64,000 nucleotides of DNA, taken from contig OZ245015.1 of assembly GCA_965223705.1 (NCBI GenBank), positions 64,001 through 128,000 of the forward strand, given 5' to 3'. Position numbers and translations under genes: made by a program. The stretch's first letter is position 1, and each line of letters starts with the position of its first letter. This stretch comes from Myxococcota bacterium (lineage in GTDB: Bacteria > Myxococcota_A > UBA9160 > UBA6930). Under the pieces are notes generated by a model. It was given only the letters and a program-made list of their open reading frames with translations, was not told the origin of the DNA and searched no databases. Of this stretch, positions 18,332 through 27,865 are shown piece by piece.

Positions 18332-21300
18332 ATGACCCGAGAACTCTTGGCGCTGCTGTCGCAGATCGCCGGACGAGAGGGTCCCGTCACGGTGTCCGGC
18401 CTGCGCGGCAGTGCTCGGGCGTTGCTGGCCCTCGAGCTCGTCGCGCGGGAGAACCCGAACGCGCTCCTCTTCATCACGCCGAGCAGCAAAGATGGCGACC
18501 CGGTGCGAGACGACCTCGCCAGTTTCATGGGCCACCTGCTCCCCACTGGCGACATCGCCCCCGACGCGCCGCTTCGCGTGTTCCCGCGCCACGACGTCGG
18601 TCCGTATGACCGCTTCTCTCCGCAACCGTTCGTCACGGCGTCTCGAACCGAAGTGCTCCATCGCTTGTTGCGGTTGACCGAGGCGCCGCCGCGTGAAACA
18701 CCGGTGATCTTGGCGCCGTTCACGGCGCTCTTCGCCCGAGTTCCCGGGCGCGATCTCCTCGCGCGCCACACGATCTGCGTCGAGCGAAACGAAGACGTCG
18801 ACCGAGACGAACTCCTCGAACGACTCATTCGAGCGGGCTACGCGCGCCAGCCCGTCGTCGAAGACGCGGGCGAAGTCGCCGTGCGCGGCGGGATCATCGA
18901 CGTCTTTCCGCCTCACGCCGCGCGCGCGCTGCGTTTCGAATTCTTCGGCGATGAAATCGAATCGATTCGCGAGATGGACCCGGCGAGTCAACGTTCCGGG
19001 GCGCACCACGAGCGAGCGGTAATCCCACCCGCGCGCGAGCTTCTCGGCGATCGAGAGTGGATCATCGAACGCGGCGATGACATTCGCGCGCTGGGAGCCC
19101 GCCGCGGCCTTCCGGAGTCCGAGGCGGATGTCGCGATCGATGCGCTGTTGCGGGGCCACATCCCGCCGGGCGCTGAATCCCTCGCGGACCTCCTCCAACC
19201 GAGTCTCGACTCGTTCTTCGACTACCTGCCGCCGAAGACCCTCATCGTGATGGACGAACCCGCGCGGATCGCCGAACACGCCGCCGAATTTCGCTCCGAG
19301 ATCGAGGAAAATTTTGAGGCCGCGGTAAGCGGCGGCCGCTTGGTTTCCGACCCCGACGCGTTGTACCTGACGGAAGAAGAGGTTCTCTCGCGAATCGAGG
19401 AGCGAAACAGCGTGGTCTTCGATCGGCTGGGCGTCTCGGCCGATGCTTCAGAGCTTCGGTGTGAAGCTCGAGTTCACGGCCACGAAGAACTCTCGGCGGC
19501 GCTCAAGCTGGCTCGACGCGCGGAGCGCGCCCTCGTTCCACTGGTGGAGGCGGTCAGTCGATTCGAATCCGACGGGCTTCGCGTGTCACTATGCGCCGCG
19601 ACGCTGTCCGGAGCGACGCGACTCGGCAAACTCCTCGGTGAATACGGCTACGACCTCGAACCCGTCCGCAATAGCGCCCCGGTATCCGACTGGGCGCCTT
19701 CGGGTCTCGAACTGCGCGTCGCGAAGTTGTCGAGCGGCTTCTCGTTTCCCATCGCCCAACGCGCCATCGTCACCGAAGAAGAGATCTTCGGCGTGCGAGA
19801 GAAGCGGAGGCGCGGCGCCGCCACGAAACGCTTGGGCGACGCGCCCGAGCTCGCCGACTTGACGAATGGCGATTGGCTCGTCCACGCCGAACACGGCATC
19901 GGCATCTACCGCGGCCTCGTTCCGTTGACGCTCGGTGCGCTCACGGGCGAATTCCTCCGTATCGAGTACGAGGGCGGCGACCGGCTGTTCCTGCCCGTCC
20001 ATCGGCTGAACTTGGTCCAGCGATACGTCGGGGCCGATGGCAGCGCACCGAAAATCGACCGGCTCGGCGGCGTCACCTGGGAGAAGACGAAGCGACGCGT
20101 CAAGAAATCGGTTCTCAAGCTCGCCGGCGAACTGGTCTCGTTGCAGGCCAAGCGCGAGCTCGCTCGGGGTTTCGCGTTTTCTTCTCGAGACGCAACCCAA
20201 ACAGAATTCGAAGCGGGGTTCCCCTTCGAAGAAACGCCGGATCAGCTCGCGGCAATCGAGGACACCCTCGAAGACATGGCACGACAGCGCCCGATGGACC
20301 GGCTCGTTTGCGGCGACGTCGGCTACGGGAAAACCGAAGTCGCGATTCGGGGAACGTTTCGTGCGGTGATGGACGGAAAGCAGGTCGCCGTACTGGTTCC
20401 GACGACAGTCCTGTGCCAGCAGCACTTCGAAACATTCCGCAAGCGCTTCGAGGGATACCCCGTGGTCGTGGAATCGCTTTCGCGCTTCCGTTCCGCGAAA
20501 GAAGTCCGCGGAGTCTTAGAAGGCTTGGCGTCGGGGAGAGTCGACGTGGTCGTCGGCACGCACCGCCTGCTGCAAAAAGGCATCGCGTTTCGCGATCTGG
20601 GCCTTCTCGTCGTCGACGAAGAACATCGCTTTGGCGTGACACACAAGGAACGGATCAAACAGCTACGGACGGCGGTCGACGTGCTGACACTCACCGCGAC
20701 ACCGATTCCGAGAACGCTACAGATGGCCTTTTCGGGCCTCCGCGACCTCTCGGTGATTCAGACGCCGCCCCCGGATCGCTTGTCGATCCGGACCCAAGTC
20801 GCGCGCTTCGACGAAGTGCTGATCCGCGAGGCGATCTTGCGCGAAGTGCGTCGCGGCGGTCAGGCTTTCTTCGTGCACAACCGCGTGCACTCGATCGAGG
20901 CGATCGCTGAGCTACTGCGGCGGATCATGCCGGAGGTCCGCATCATCGTGGCCCACGGACAGATGCGAGAACGCGACCTCGAAGATCGGATGCTCGCGTT
21001 CGCGCGGGGCGAAGCGGACGTGCTGCTGTGCACGACCATCGTCGAGAGTGGACTCGATCTCCCGAACGCGAACACGATGTTGATCGACCGTGCCGACGCG
21101 ATGGGTTTGGCGCAGCTCTACCAGCTGCGGGGCCGAATCGGCCGCAGCGGACGCAGGGCTTACGCGTACTTGTTGGTTCCGGGCGAGGATGCCCTGACGG
21201 AAGATGCGACGCGACGACTCGAAGCGATCCGGGATCTATCGGAGCTCGGCAGCGGGTTTCGTCTGGCCAATCTCGACCTCGAAATTCGCGGCGCGGGAAA

Positions 21301-21847
21301 CCTCCTCGGCCCCGAGCAGTCGGGCAACATGGGCGCGGTCGGGTACGAAACCTACATGGGTCTCCTCGAAGAGACTGTAGAGGAGCTGCGCGGCCAAGCG
21401 CGTCCTGTGGAGATTGATCCCGAGATTCGCTTGCCGGTGACCGCACAGTTTCCCGAGCGCTACGTCGAAGACGTGGGACAACGCCTGGTCCTCTACAAGC
21501 GGCTCGCGAGCGCCCCCGACAGCGACGCGATTGCCGAACTTCGGGACGAGCTCCTCGATCGTTACGGGCCGCTTCCCGACGAGGCCGCGAACCTCATTCG
21601 CGTCGTCGAGCTCAAGATCTGTGCGCGCGACGCGGGGATCGCGTGTGTAGATTTCGGCGGCGGTGAACTCTTCCTGACGCCGGACGACCATGGCCGTATC
21701 GATCCCACGCGACTCCTACGACGCATCGAGGATCCGAAGGATCCGCTGCGCATGACGCGCGACCAGAAGCTCTCCATGCGCGTCGATTGCAAACCCGGTC
21801 CCGAACTCTTCGAGTTGGCAAGAGACCTGATTCGAGGCCTCCTCTAG
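18332..21847 (+). CDS. mfd: Transcription-repair coupling factor
   Basis: RGGIIDVF, CarD-like RID, CGDVGYGKTE, DEEHRFG, TATPIPRT, QLRGRIGR, DLEIRGAGN. Confidence 0.97.
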   Translation: MTRELLALLSQIAGREGPVTVSGLRGSARALLALELVARENPNALLFITPSSKDGDPVRDDLASFMGHLLPTGDIAPDAPLRVFPRHDVGPYDRFSPQPFVTASRTEVLHRLLRLTEAPPRETPVILAPFTALFARVPGRDLLARHTICVERNEDVDRDELLERLIRAGYARQPVVEDAGEVAVRGGIIDVFPPHAARALRFEFFGDEIESIREMDPASQRSGAHHERAVIPPARELLGDREWIIERGDDIRALGARRGLPESEADVAIDALLRGHIPPGAESLADLLQPSLDSFFDYLPPKTLIVMDEPARIAEHAAEFRSEIEENFEAAVSGGRLVSDPDALYLTEEEVLSRIEERNSVVFDRLGVSADASELRCEARVHGHEELSAALKLARRAERALVPLVEAVSRFESDGLRVSLCAATLSGATRLGKLLGEYGYDLEPVRNSAPVSDWAPSGLELRVAKLSSGFSFPIAQRAIVTEEEIFGVREKRRRGAATKRLGDAPELADLTNGDWLVHAEHGIGIYRGLVPLTLGALTGEFLRIEYEGGDRLFLPVHRLNLVQRYVGADGSAPKIDRLGGVTWEKTKRRVKKSVLKLAGELVSLQAKRELARGFAFSSRDATQTEFEAGFPFEETPDQLAAIEDTLEDMARQRPMDRLVCGDVGYGKTEVAIRGTFRAVMDGKQVAVLVPTTVLCQQHFETFRKRFEGYPVVVESLSRFRSAKEVRGVLEGLASGRVDVVVGTHRLLQKGIAFRDLGLLVVDEEHRFGVTHKERIKQLRTAVDVLTLTATPIPRTLQMAFSGLRDLSVIQTPPPDRLSIRTQVARFDEVLIREAILREVRRGGQAFFVHNRVHSIEAIAELLRRIMPEVRIIVAHGQMRERDLEDRMLAFARGEADVLLCTTIVESGLDLPNANTMLIDRADAMGLAQLYQLRGRIGRSGRRAYAYLLVPGEDALTEDATRRLEAIRDLSELGSGFRLANLDLEIRGAGNLLGPEQSGNMGAVGYETYMGLLEETVEELRGQARPVEIDPEIRLPVTAQFPERYVEDVGQRLVLYKRLASAPDSDAIAELRDELLDRYGPLPDEAANLIRVVELKICARDAGIACVDFGGGELFLTPDDHGRIDPTRLLRRIEDPKDPLRMTRDQKLSMRVDCKPGPELFELARDLIRGLL

Positions 21848-21856
21848 CGGCATGTC

Positions 21857-23527
21857 TTGTGGTGGCGCGACCACATGCTATCCCGAAAGCGTATGAACGA
21901 GGCGAACCCTGCCGCCGAAGTAGCCGGAGCGATCGACGCACGCGAGCGAAACGCCGCTCTTCACGCGCTCGAGGACGAAGTCTTTGATTGCGTCGTCATC
22001 GGCGGCGGCATGACGGGTGCCGGCATCGCGTGGCAGGGCGCGGCGCGGGGCTTGCGCGTGGCGTTGCTCGAAGCTGCTGATTTCGGAGAAGGCACGTCGA
22101 GCCGTTCGACAAAGTTGATTCACGGCGGTTTGCGCTATCTCGCCCAGGGCGACATCGGGTTGGTGCGAAGCACGGCGCGCGAACGCAAGGTCGTGCACCG
22201 ATTGGCTCGGCACCTGGCGCAACCGCGTTGGCTGATCGTACCCGCCGAAAATCGCCGAGCGCTGTGGAAACTCCGCATCGGCGTCGGCCTGTACGAACGC
22301 TTGGGAGCGGTACCGGCGCGTCATCGGCATCAACGCTGGAACCGACGGGACCTCGCGAGGGAGGAGCCCGCGCTGAGTCCGGCACCGCCCTTCGCGTGCG
22401 TCTACCGAGAGTACGCCACGCACGACGCGCGCCTGGTGGTCTCCGTACTGCGCGCGGCGAAAGCCCACGGCGCCGTCGTCGCGAGCCGGCTGCGCGCGAC
22501 GGAGCTCTTGCTGTCCGGTGAACGCGCTGCCGGGATTTTCGCGCGTTGTGGCGAGACCGGTGCCGAGATTCGCGTGCGTGCTCGCGTCGTGATCAACGCC
22601 GCCGGCCCTTGGGTCGACGCCGTCAGGCGTCTCGAGCAGCCCGGAAGCCGCCCGCGGCTCCATCTTTCGAAAGGGATCCACTTGGGGATCCACCGAGAAC
22701 GCTTGCCGCTTCGTCACATGGCGCTGCTCGACGCCCCCGACGGACGCCGCGTCTTCGCCGTCCCGGCTGGCGATGTCACGTACGTCGGAACCACGGACAC
22801 GACGCACGCTGGCGAGCCGGAGCTGTGGCCCACGGTGCATCGATCCGACGTCGACTACCTACTCGCCACGCTGCGCGAGCGCGTCCCCGACGCTGGCATC
22901 GGCGAAGACGACATCGTGAGCACGTGGGCGGGGCTTCGGCCCTTGATCGCGCAACCTGGCAAAGGGCCGAGCGAAATCTCCCGCAAGGATGAGACGTGGG
23001 TCGGGGCCCGAAACGTGATCCATATCGCAGGCGGAAAGCTCACCGGCTTCCGACCCATGGCCTTGCGTGCACTTCGGCTCGCTTGCAGCCAACTCGAGCG
23101 GCGATTCGAAGACATCCCGGACGCGCCGCTACCGGGCGGTGACTTCACCGGCAGCGTCGACGCGTTGGCCGGACGTCTGCGCCACGGAAAGTCCCTCCCG
23201 GCCCCGGAAGCCAGGAGACTCGCGGGGCTATACGGCACGGAAGCGGGTGCGGTGCGCGCACTCGGCGAGGAGCGAGTCTCCCCCGAAACCTGGCTGCTGC
23301 GCGGCGAAGTCGCGTGGGCGGTGTGCGTCGAGGGCGCTCGAACGACAGCGGACTTCTTGTACCGGCGAACCGGCGCCGCGCTACTCGAGCCGCAAGCGCG
23401 GCGTCACGCGGTGAAGCCGGTTGCGACCCAGCTCGGTGCACTGCTCGGCAGGAGCCCCGATCGCGTCGACGAGGATATCGCCGCGACCGAGGCGCGCCTC
23501 GCCGCAGATCTCACGTTCACCGACTGA
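21857..23527 (+). CDS. glpD: FAD-dependent glycerol-3-phosphate dehydrogenase/oxidase
   Basis: IGGGMTG, GTSSRSTKLIHGGLRYL, GTTDT, WAGLRPL, GGKLT; exact start uncertain. Confidence 0.88.
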   Translation: MWWRDHMLSRKRMNEANPAAEVAGAIDARERNAALHALEDEVFDCVVIGGGMTGAGIAWQGAARGLRVALLEAADFGEGTSSRSTKLIHGGLRYLAQGDIGLVRSTARERKVVHRLARHLAQPRWLIVPAENRRALWKLRIGVGLYERLGAVPARHRHQRWNRRDLAREEPALSPAPPFACVYREYATHDARLVVSVLRAAKAHGAVVASRLRATELLLSGERAAGIFARCGETGAEIRVRARVVINAAGPWVDAVRRLEQPGSRPRLHLSKGIHLGIHRERLPLRHMALLDAPDGRRVFAVPAGDVTYVGTTDTTHAGEPELWPTVHRSDVDYLLATLRERVPDAGIGEDDIVSTWAGLRPLIAQPGKGPSEISRKDETWVGARNVIHIAGGKLTGFRPMALRALRLACSQLERRFEDIPDAPLPGGDFTGSVDALAGRLRHGKSLPAPEARRLAGLYGTEAGAVRALGEERVSPETWLLRGEVAWAVCVEGARTTADFLYRRTGAALLEPQARRHAVKPVATQLGALLGRSPDRVDEDIAATEARLAADLTFTD

Positions 23528-23535
23528 AGGGCGCG

Positions 23536-24144
23536 TTACATCACGGACAGTCGGGCGTGCGCGATCGCGTCACCCATCCGATCGTTTCCCCAGAAGAGCT
23601 CGTCTCCGACGCGAAAACTCGGCGCGCCGAAAATTCCCATGTCGCGGGCTTGCTCTGTCGCCTCGCGCAACATGGCTTTCACGGGATCGCCGCCCGCCTC
23701 CTCGACCAGTGCTTCTCCGGGTTGATCCAGAGCGCCGAGGATGCCCCCGATCACGTCGGGGGACGCGATATCGCGGTCGTGCGCGAAGTTCGCGGCGTAC
23801 ACCGCTCGCGCGAATGCGGGCAGCCACGGCGCATCCCGGTGTGCGCAAGCGATACGAGCCGGCAAGAGCCCATTGCGCGGGAACACGCTCGGTCGCGCGA
23901 AGGCCAAACCGTACCCCTCGCACAACCGCTCCATATCCCGCCACATGTACGCACCCTTCTCGGGGGAGAGATTAAAGGGGGAGTCATCCCACCCTTGGGC
24001 TTTGAAGATCGGGCCGAGCAAGAACGGTCGCCAGTGGATTCGAACCCCTGCGGCTTGGCACGCGGCTTCGATTCGCGACGCGGTGAGGTAGGAGTACGTA
24101 CTCCCGAACTCGAACCAGAATTCGATGTCGAGGGGTGTCGCCAA
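23536..24144 (-). CDS. 2-hydroxychromene-2-carboxylate isomerase / DsbA-fold (GST kappa) protein
   Basis: FWFEFGSTYSY, GIFGAPSF, FWGNDR; TTG start after AGGAGG. Confidence 0.88.
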   Translation of the reverse strand: MATPLDIEFWFEFGSTYSYLTASRIEAACQAAGVRIHWRPFLLGPIFKAQGWDDSPFNLSPEKGAYMWRDMERLCEGYGLAFARPSVFPRNGLLPARIACAHRDAPWLPAFARAVYAANFAHDRDIASPDVIGGILGALDQPGEALVEEAGGDPVKAMLREATEQARDMGIFGAPSFRVGDELFWGNDRMGDAIAHARLSVM

Positions 24145-24155
24145 AGTTCTTCCTC

Positions 24156-24617
24156 CTATTCGAGTCTCGCGATATACGCGCCGGCTTCGTTGCGTGTGAA
24201 CGCCTCGCGATCCCAGGGCGTTTCCGTGAGAACACCGGCCCGCTCTTCGGGAATGACGTACGCCCACGCAATCGATCGGCCGCGTTGTACCCGCCAGATG
24301 GGAATTTCGCGACGCTCGTATTCCGAACCTTCGAAAGCATCGAGCCTCGCTAAGTGCTCCCGATCGAGGCCCTCGTACACGCGGCCGGTCGTCACCCGGC
24401 CCGGATGAGGTGTCATCCCGGGATAGACGCGCCGTCGCAGTAGCGCGCGCCGGAAATCGGGAGCGAAAGCCGGGCTATAGGCCTTTCGCACGCCGGCCAC
24501 CGAGTAGAAAACTTCGGGCAACTCGAGCGTTCCGTAGACAAACAGCGCGAACGACACAGAACCTTTCTGCACAGGCGATGCGAGCAGCGCGGACGTCGCG
24601 AGACGTTTCTGCAACAC
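24156..24617 (-). CDS. Gamma-glutamylcyclotransferase (AIG2-like)
   Basis: LFVYGTL, YPG, LDAFEGSEYER. Confidence 0.85.
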   Translation of the reverse strand: MLQKRLATSALLASPVQKGSVSFALFVYGTLELPEVFYSVAGVRKAYSPAFAPDFRRALLRRRVYPGMTPHPGRVTTGRVYEGLDREHLARLDAFEGSEYERREIPIWRVQRGRSIAWAYVIPEERAGVLTETPWDREAFTRNEAGAYIARLE

Positions 24618-24624
24618 TGCCGAC

Positions 24625-25440
24625 GTGGCGATGGAGACTACCGCTTTAGCGCGCCCCCGCGCGACCGGACACGCCGTTGCAGAGACGGTCGTCTACGCGA
24701 GCGTCCTCGCCGGCGGTGTTGGCGCTTCGCTGGTCGCTCTCACCGAGCGCGTTCTATTCGAACGCAATTCCTTAGCGCCGGTGCTTGTTGTCTTCTTGGG
24801 CACGCTCGTCGTCTACAATATCGACCGGCTTCGCGATCGCGATCGTGATCGAAACACCGCGCCCGAGCGCACGCGGTTCGTCGAAGTGCATCGCGACGCG
24901 TTGCGGGGCGTCGTGGCGATCGCAGGGTTGCTCGGAGCACTCCTTCTCCTTCCCTACGGCGCCGGCTCCGCTCTGGCGTTCACTCCGATTCTCGGCCTCG
25001 GCCTCTTGCACCGGCGTTTGAAGCGCTGGCCGTTCGCGAAAGCCGTCTATGTGGCGGTGGCGTGGACAACGGCGGTCCTGATCGCGGCGCGCCTGCCGGG
25101 GCCCGTGGCGACCGCCCCGAGCCCGGCCTTCGTCGCCGTACTCGCGCTGTCACTCCTCGCGAACACGGCCGTCACGGGCTCGCAGCGGATGCGGCGCGGC
25201 GGCGCGCTCGTGGCAGCGCTCTGCGGAACACTCGCCGCCGGGCTCGCTCTTCTCGAACCGACGGTGGCCGGCGGCGTCGTTTGTCTTCCACTCGGTGCTC
25301 TCGCGGCGCTTCGCGGCGGCAGTGAGACGGAGTGCTTGCGGCTCGCTCGCGGCGGCAGTGAGACGGAGTGGGTGAGGCTCGCTCGCGGCGACGCGACACT
25401 GGGCCTCGGCGCTCTCGCGGCTCTTGTCACATTCCTTTAG
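24625..25440 (+). CDS. UbiA prenyltransferase-like membrane protein
   Basis: VYNIDRLRD acidic motif, RLKRWPFAK, multiple TM helices. Confidence 0.6.
   Translation: MAMETTALARPRATGHAVAETVVYASVLAGGVGASLVALTERVLFERNSLAPVLVVFLGTLVVYNIDRLRDRDRDRNTAPERTRFVEVHRDALRGVVAIAGLLGALLLLPYGAGSALAFTPILGLGLLHRRLKRWPFAKAVYVAVAWTTAVLIAARLPGPVATAPSPAFVAVLALSLLANTAVTGSQRMRRGGALVAALCGTLAAGLALLEPTVAGGVVCLPLGALAALRGGSETECLRLARGGSETEWVRLARGDATLGLGALAALVTFL
25311..25390. repeat. 36-bp in-frame tandem duplication (2.2 copies, 3 mismatches)
   Basis: Encodes RGGSETECLRLA / RGGSETEWVRLA. Confidence 0.9.
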
Positions 25441-25879
25441 GGGTTCTCGCCACGAGCAACGTGACTTCTTGTCTCAGCACCTCATCCCCCGCTTGGTTTC
25501 GCAAACCGTCCTTGAAACGAACGATGCCGCGATCGGCTTGGCTGCGGGATTCGCGAGCCTCGATGCACTCGGCTCGGTAGGTGAGGATATCTCCGGGACG
25601 GGCCGGTGCGGGAAAGACCAGGGCGTCTTTACCGAGCATCGCGAGAATCGCCGGAGCATCGATCAACCGATGGAAGAGTGCCGTACAGATCGCCACGATG
25701 TGGCAAGACGACGCCGTGAGCCCGCCGAATACGGAGTCTTTCGCCGCCGCCTCATCGACGTGGAACGGATAGGGATCCCACTTTCGCGCGAACGCCACGA
25801 TCTCGTCTTTTTCGACCGCGTAGCCGCCGACTTCGAGCGTGCGGCCGACAGGTAGATCTTCGAAATACAGCTTCGCCAC
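25427..25879 (-). CDS. MaoC family dehydratase
   Basis: LYFED, FARKWDPYPFHVDE, FGGLTAS. Confidence 0.85.
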   Translation of the reverse strand: MAKLYFEDLPVGRTLEVGGYAVEKDEIVAFARKWDPYPFHVDEAAAKDSVFGGLTASSCHIVAICTALFHRLIDAPAILAMLGKDALVFPAPARPGDILTYRAECIEARESRSQADRGIVRFKDGLRNQAGDEVLRQEVTLLVARTPKGM

Positions 25880-25881
25880 GT

Positions 25882-27333
25882 CTACGCAAAAGCCGGCGGC
25901 GGCGTGAAGCCGCCGAGCCGCGCTTCGATTCGGCGGGCCACGTCGAGCGCGGTGAGATCCTCGAGGAACGGCGCCACAACCTGTACGCCGACGGGCAACC
26001 CGTTGGCATCTTGACCGACGGGGACGACAGTCGCGGGCAGATACGAGACACCGACCAAGCCGACCCACTTCAACTGGTCGAAGTAGGGTCGCGTTTCTCC
26101 GTCTACAAGAATCGTTCGTTCGGCCATCGGCTGGCTGTGGTCGTGGGGAATCGCCGCGGTGGGCATCGCGGGCATCAGCACCGCGTCCCACGAACCGAAA
26201 AACGCGTGCCACGCGGCGCGCATCTGCAGGCGTTTCTCGTTCGAGGAGAGCCAGCCACGATGGCGCTGCGCGGCGTGCTTCGCGGCGATCGCGCGCGCGC
26301 CTTCCCCGGCGGCGCCGCGCTCCGCCAGCTTCTCAATCGCCTGATGGCTGAACGCGCCGCACATCGCAGCTCCCAAGAGCCGGTCGAAGATCTCGACGGC
26401 GTGCTCGAACGTGAAATCGGGGCGCACCTCCCCGTCGATGCGTGCACCATCTTCTTCGAGCGCCCGAGCGGCCGTGAGAACGGCGTTCCGGATTGCGGGT
26501 TCGACCGGACACGTCGGCTCGTCGAGCCAAACCGCGACGCGATAGTCCCGGGTGTTCCGGCCCCGGGGCGGCGGAAGATCCAGTCGATAGGCCTTCGCGT
26601 GCCAATCGTCGGGGCCGGCGAGAATCGACAGCCCGAGCTCGGCGTCGTCGACCGTTCGCGCCATCGGTCCGGCGACCGCGAGATCCGCCTGGGTCAAAGA
26701 ACCCGGAGGTCCGGGAATTTGCCCGATCGCCGGCACCAGGCCGTAGCTCGGTTTGTGTCCGACAACGCCGCAGTGATGCGCAGGCCCGCGGATCGAACCG
26801 CCGATGTCGCTTCCCAGCTCGAGGGGCGTAAAGCCGGCCGCGAGCGCACCGGCAGAGCCGCCGGACGAACCGCCCGGCGTTCGCGCGAGACCCCACGGAT
26901 TCGAGGACGTTCCGAATACTTCGTTGTAGCTCTGCGTATCTCCCGCATAAATCGGCAGGTTCGTTTTCCCGAGAACGATGGCCCCGGCCTCCCGGAGTCG
27001 CGCAACGGGAACCGCATCCGTTTCCGGCACGAAGTCCGCAAGTTCCGGAGCTCCCGATGTCGTACGCATGCCTTCCGTCATGAAGGAATCTTTGATGGTC
27101 ATGCCGACTCCGTGAAGCGGCGGTAGCGGGGCGCCGCTCGCTCGCAGCGCGTCCGCGGCGTCGGCTTCGCGGAGAGCGCGTTCCGGGTCGCGGGTCACGA
27201 CCAGATGGGTCTCAGCATCGAGCGAGCTGATGCGCTCAAGCTGCGCCGACACGAGTTCTCGGCTGCTCAAGCGTCCCTCTCGAATGTCACTGGCCAATCC
27301 GCGCGCCGAACGAAAACTGAATGAAATGCCCAT
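25882..27333 (-). CDS. Amidase (amidase-signature family)
   Basis: IKD, GKTN, TPGGSSGGS, GSDIGGSIR; SD AAGGAGG before ATG 27333. Confidence 0.92.
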   Translation of the reverse strand: MGISFSFRSARGLASDIREGRLSSRELVSAQLERISSLDAETHLVVTRDPERALREADAADALRASGAPLPPLHGVGMTIKDSFMTEGMRTTSGAPELADFVPETDAVPVARLREAGAIVLGKTNLPIYAGDTQSYNEVFGTSSNPWGLARTPGGSSGGSAGALAAGFTPLELGSDIGGSIRGPAHHCGVVGHKPSYGLVPAIGQIPGPPGSLTQADLAVAGPMARTVDDAELGLSILAGPDDWHAKAYRLDLPPPRGRNTRDYRVAVWLDEPTCPVEPAIRNAVLTAARALEEDGARIDGEVRPDFTFEHAVEIFDRLLGAAMCGAFSHQAIEKLAERGAAGEGARAIAAKHAAQRHRGWLSSNEKRLQMRAAWHAFFGSWDAVLMPAMPTAAIPHDHSQPMAERTILVDGETRPYFDQLKWVGLVGVSYLPATVVPVGQDANGLPVGVQVVAPFLEDLTALDVARRIEARLGGFTPPPAFA

Positions 27334-27421
27334 TTGGAACGTCTCCTCCTTCAGGTGTCGAAACGCGGCACCTAGGATAAGCCAACGGCGCGATCCGTTG
27401 GGCAAGAGATGAGGTGCACTC

Positions 27422-27865
27422 TTGAAACGCTGGATCTCGCTCGCCGTGATCTTGGTCGTTGGCTGGGCGTCCATCGGTTGCGCCACGTTTCCGGGCTTTC
27501 GCGACCCCGAAGTCTATTTGGTCAACGTGGTGCCGGTGGGATCGACGCCTTTCGAACAACGCGTTCGAGTCGATCTCCGACTTCGCAACCCGGACCACCG
27601 CGATTGCACGTTCGCGGGTTTGGATTTCGTTCTCGAACTGAACGGCGAGCCGATGCTGCGCGGTTACGCGAGCGAAGGCGGAACACTACCCGCTTACGGA
27701 GAGCTGGTGGTATCGACGGAAGCGAGCAGTAGCGTGATCGATCTGGTACGCCAATTCAGCGCGTTGTCCGACAGCGAGCGACGGCGCTCGGGCGTCGACT
27801 TGTACGGCCGGCTCCACGTCGACGGCATCTTCCAGCGGACCGTGTACTTCGAGAGCCCTTACTAG
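27422..27865 (+). CDS. LEA_2/WHy domain lipoprotein
   Basis: Lipobox-like SIGC, FEQR..LRLRNP. Confidence 0.75.
   Translation: MKRWISLAVILVVGWASIGCATFPGFRDPEVYLVNVVPVGSTPFEQRVRVDLRLRNPDHRDCTFAGLDFVLELNGEPMLRGYASEGGTLPAYGELVVSTEASSSVIDLVRQFSALSDSERRRSGVDLYGRLHVDGIFQRTVYFESPY

Noticed and set aside
16834..18828. 664-aa minus-strand ORF
   Set aside because: Shadow of idh/mfd and off-frame to rplC; no motifs
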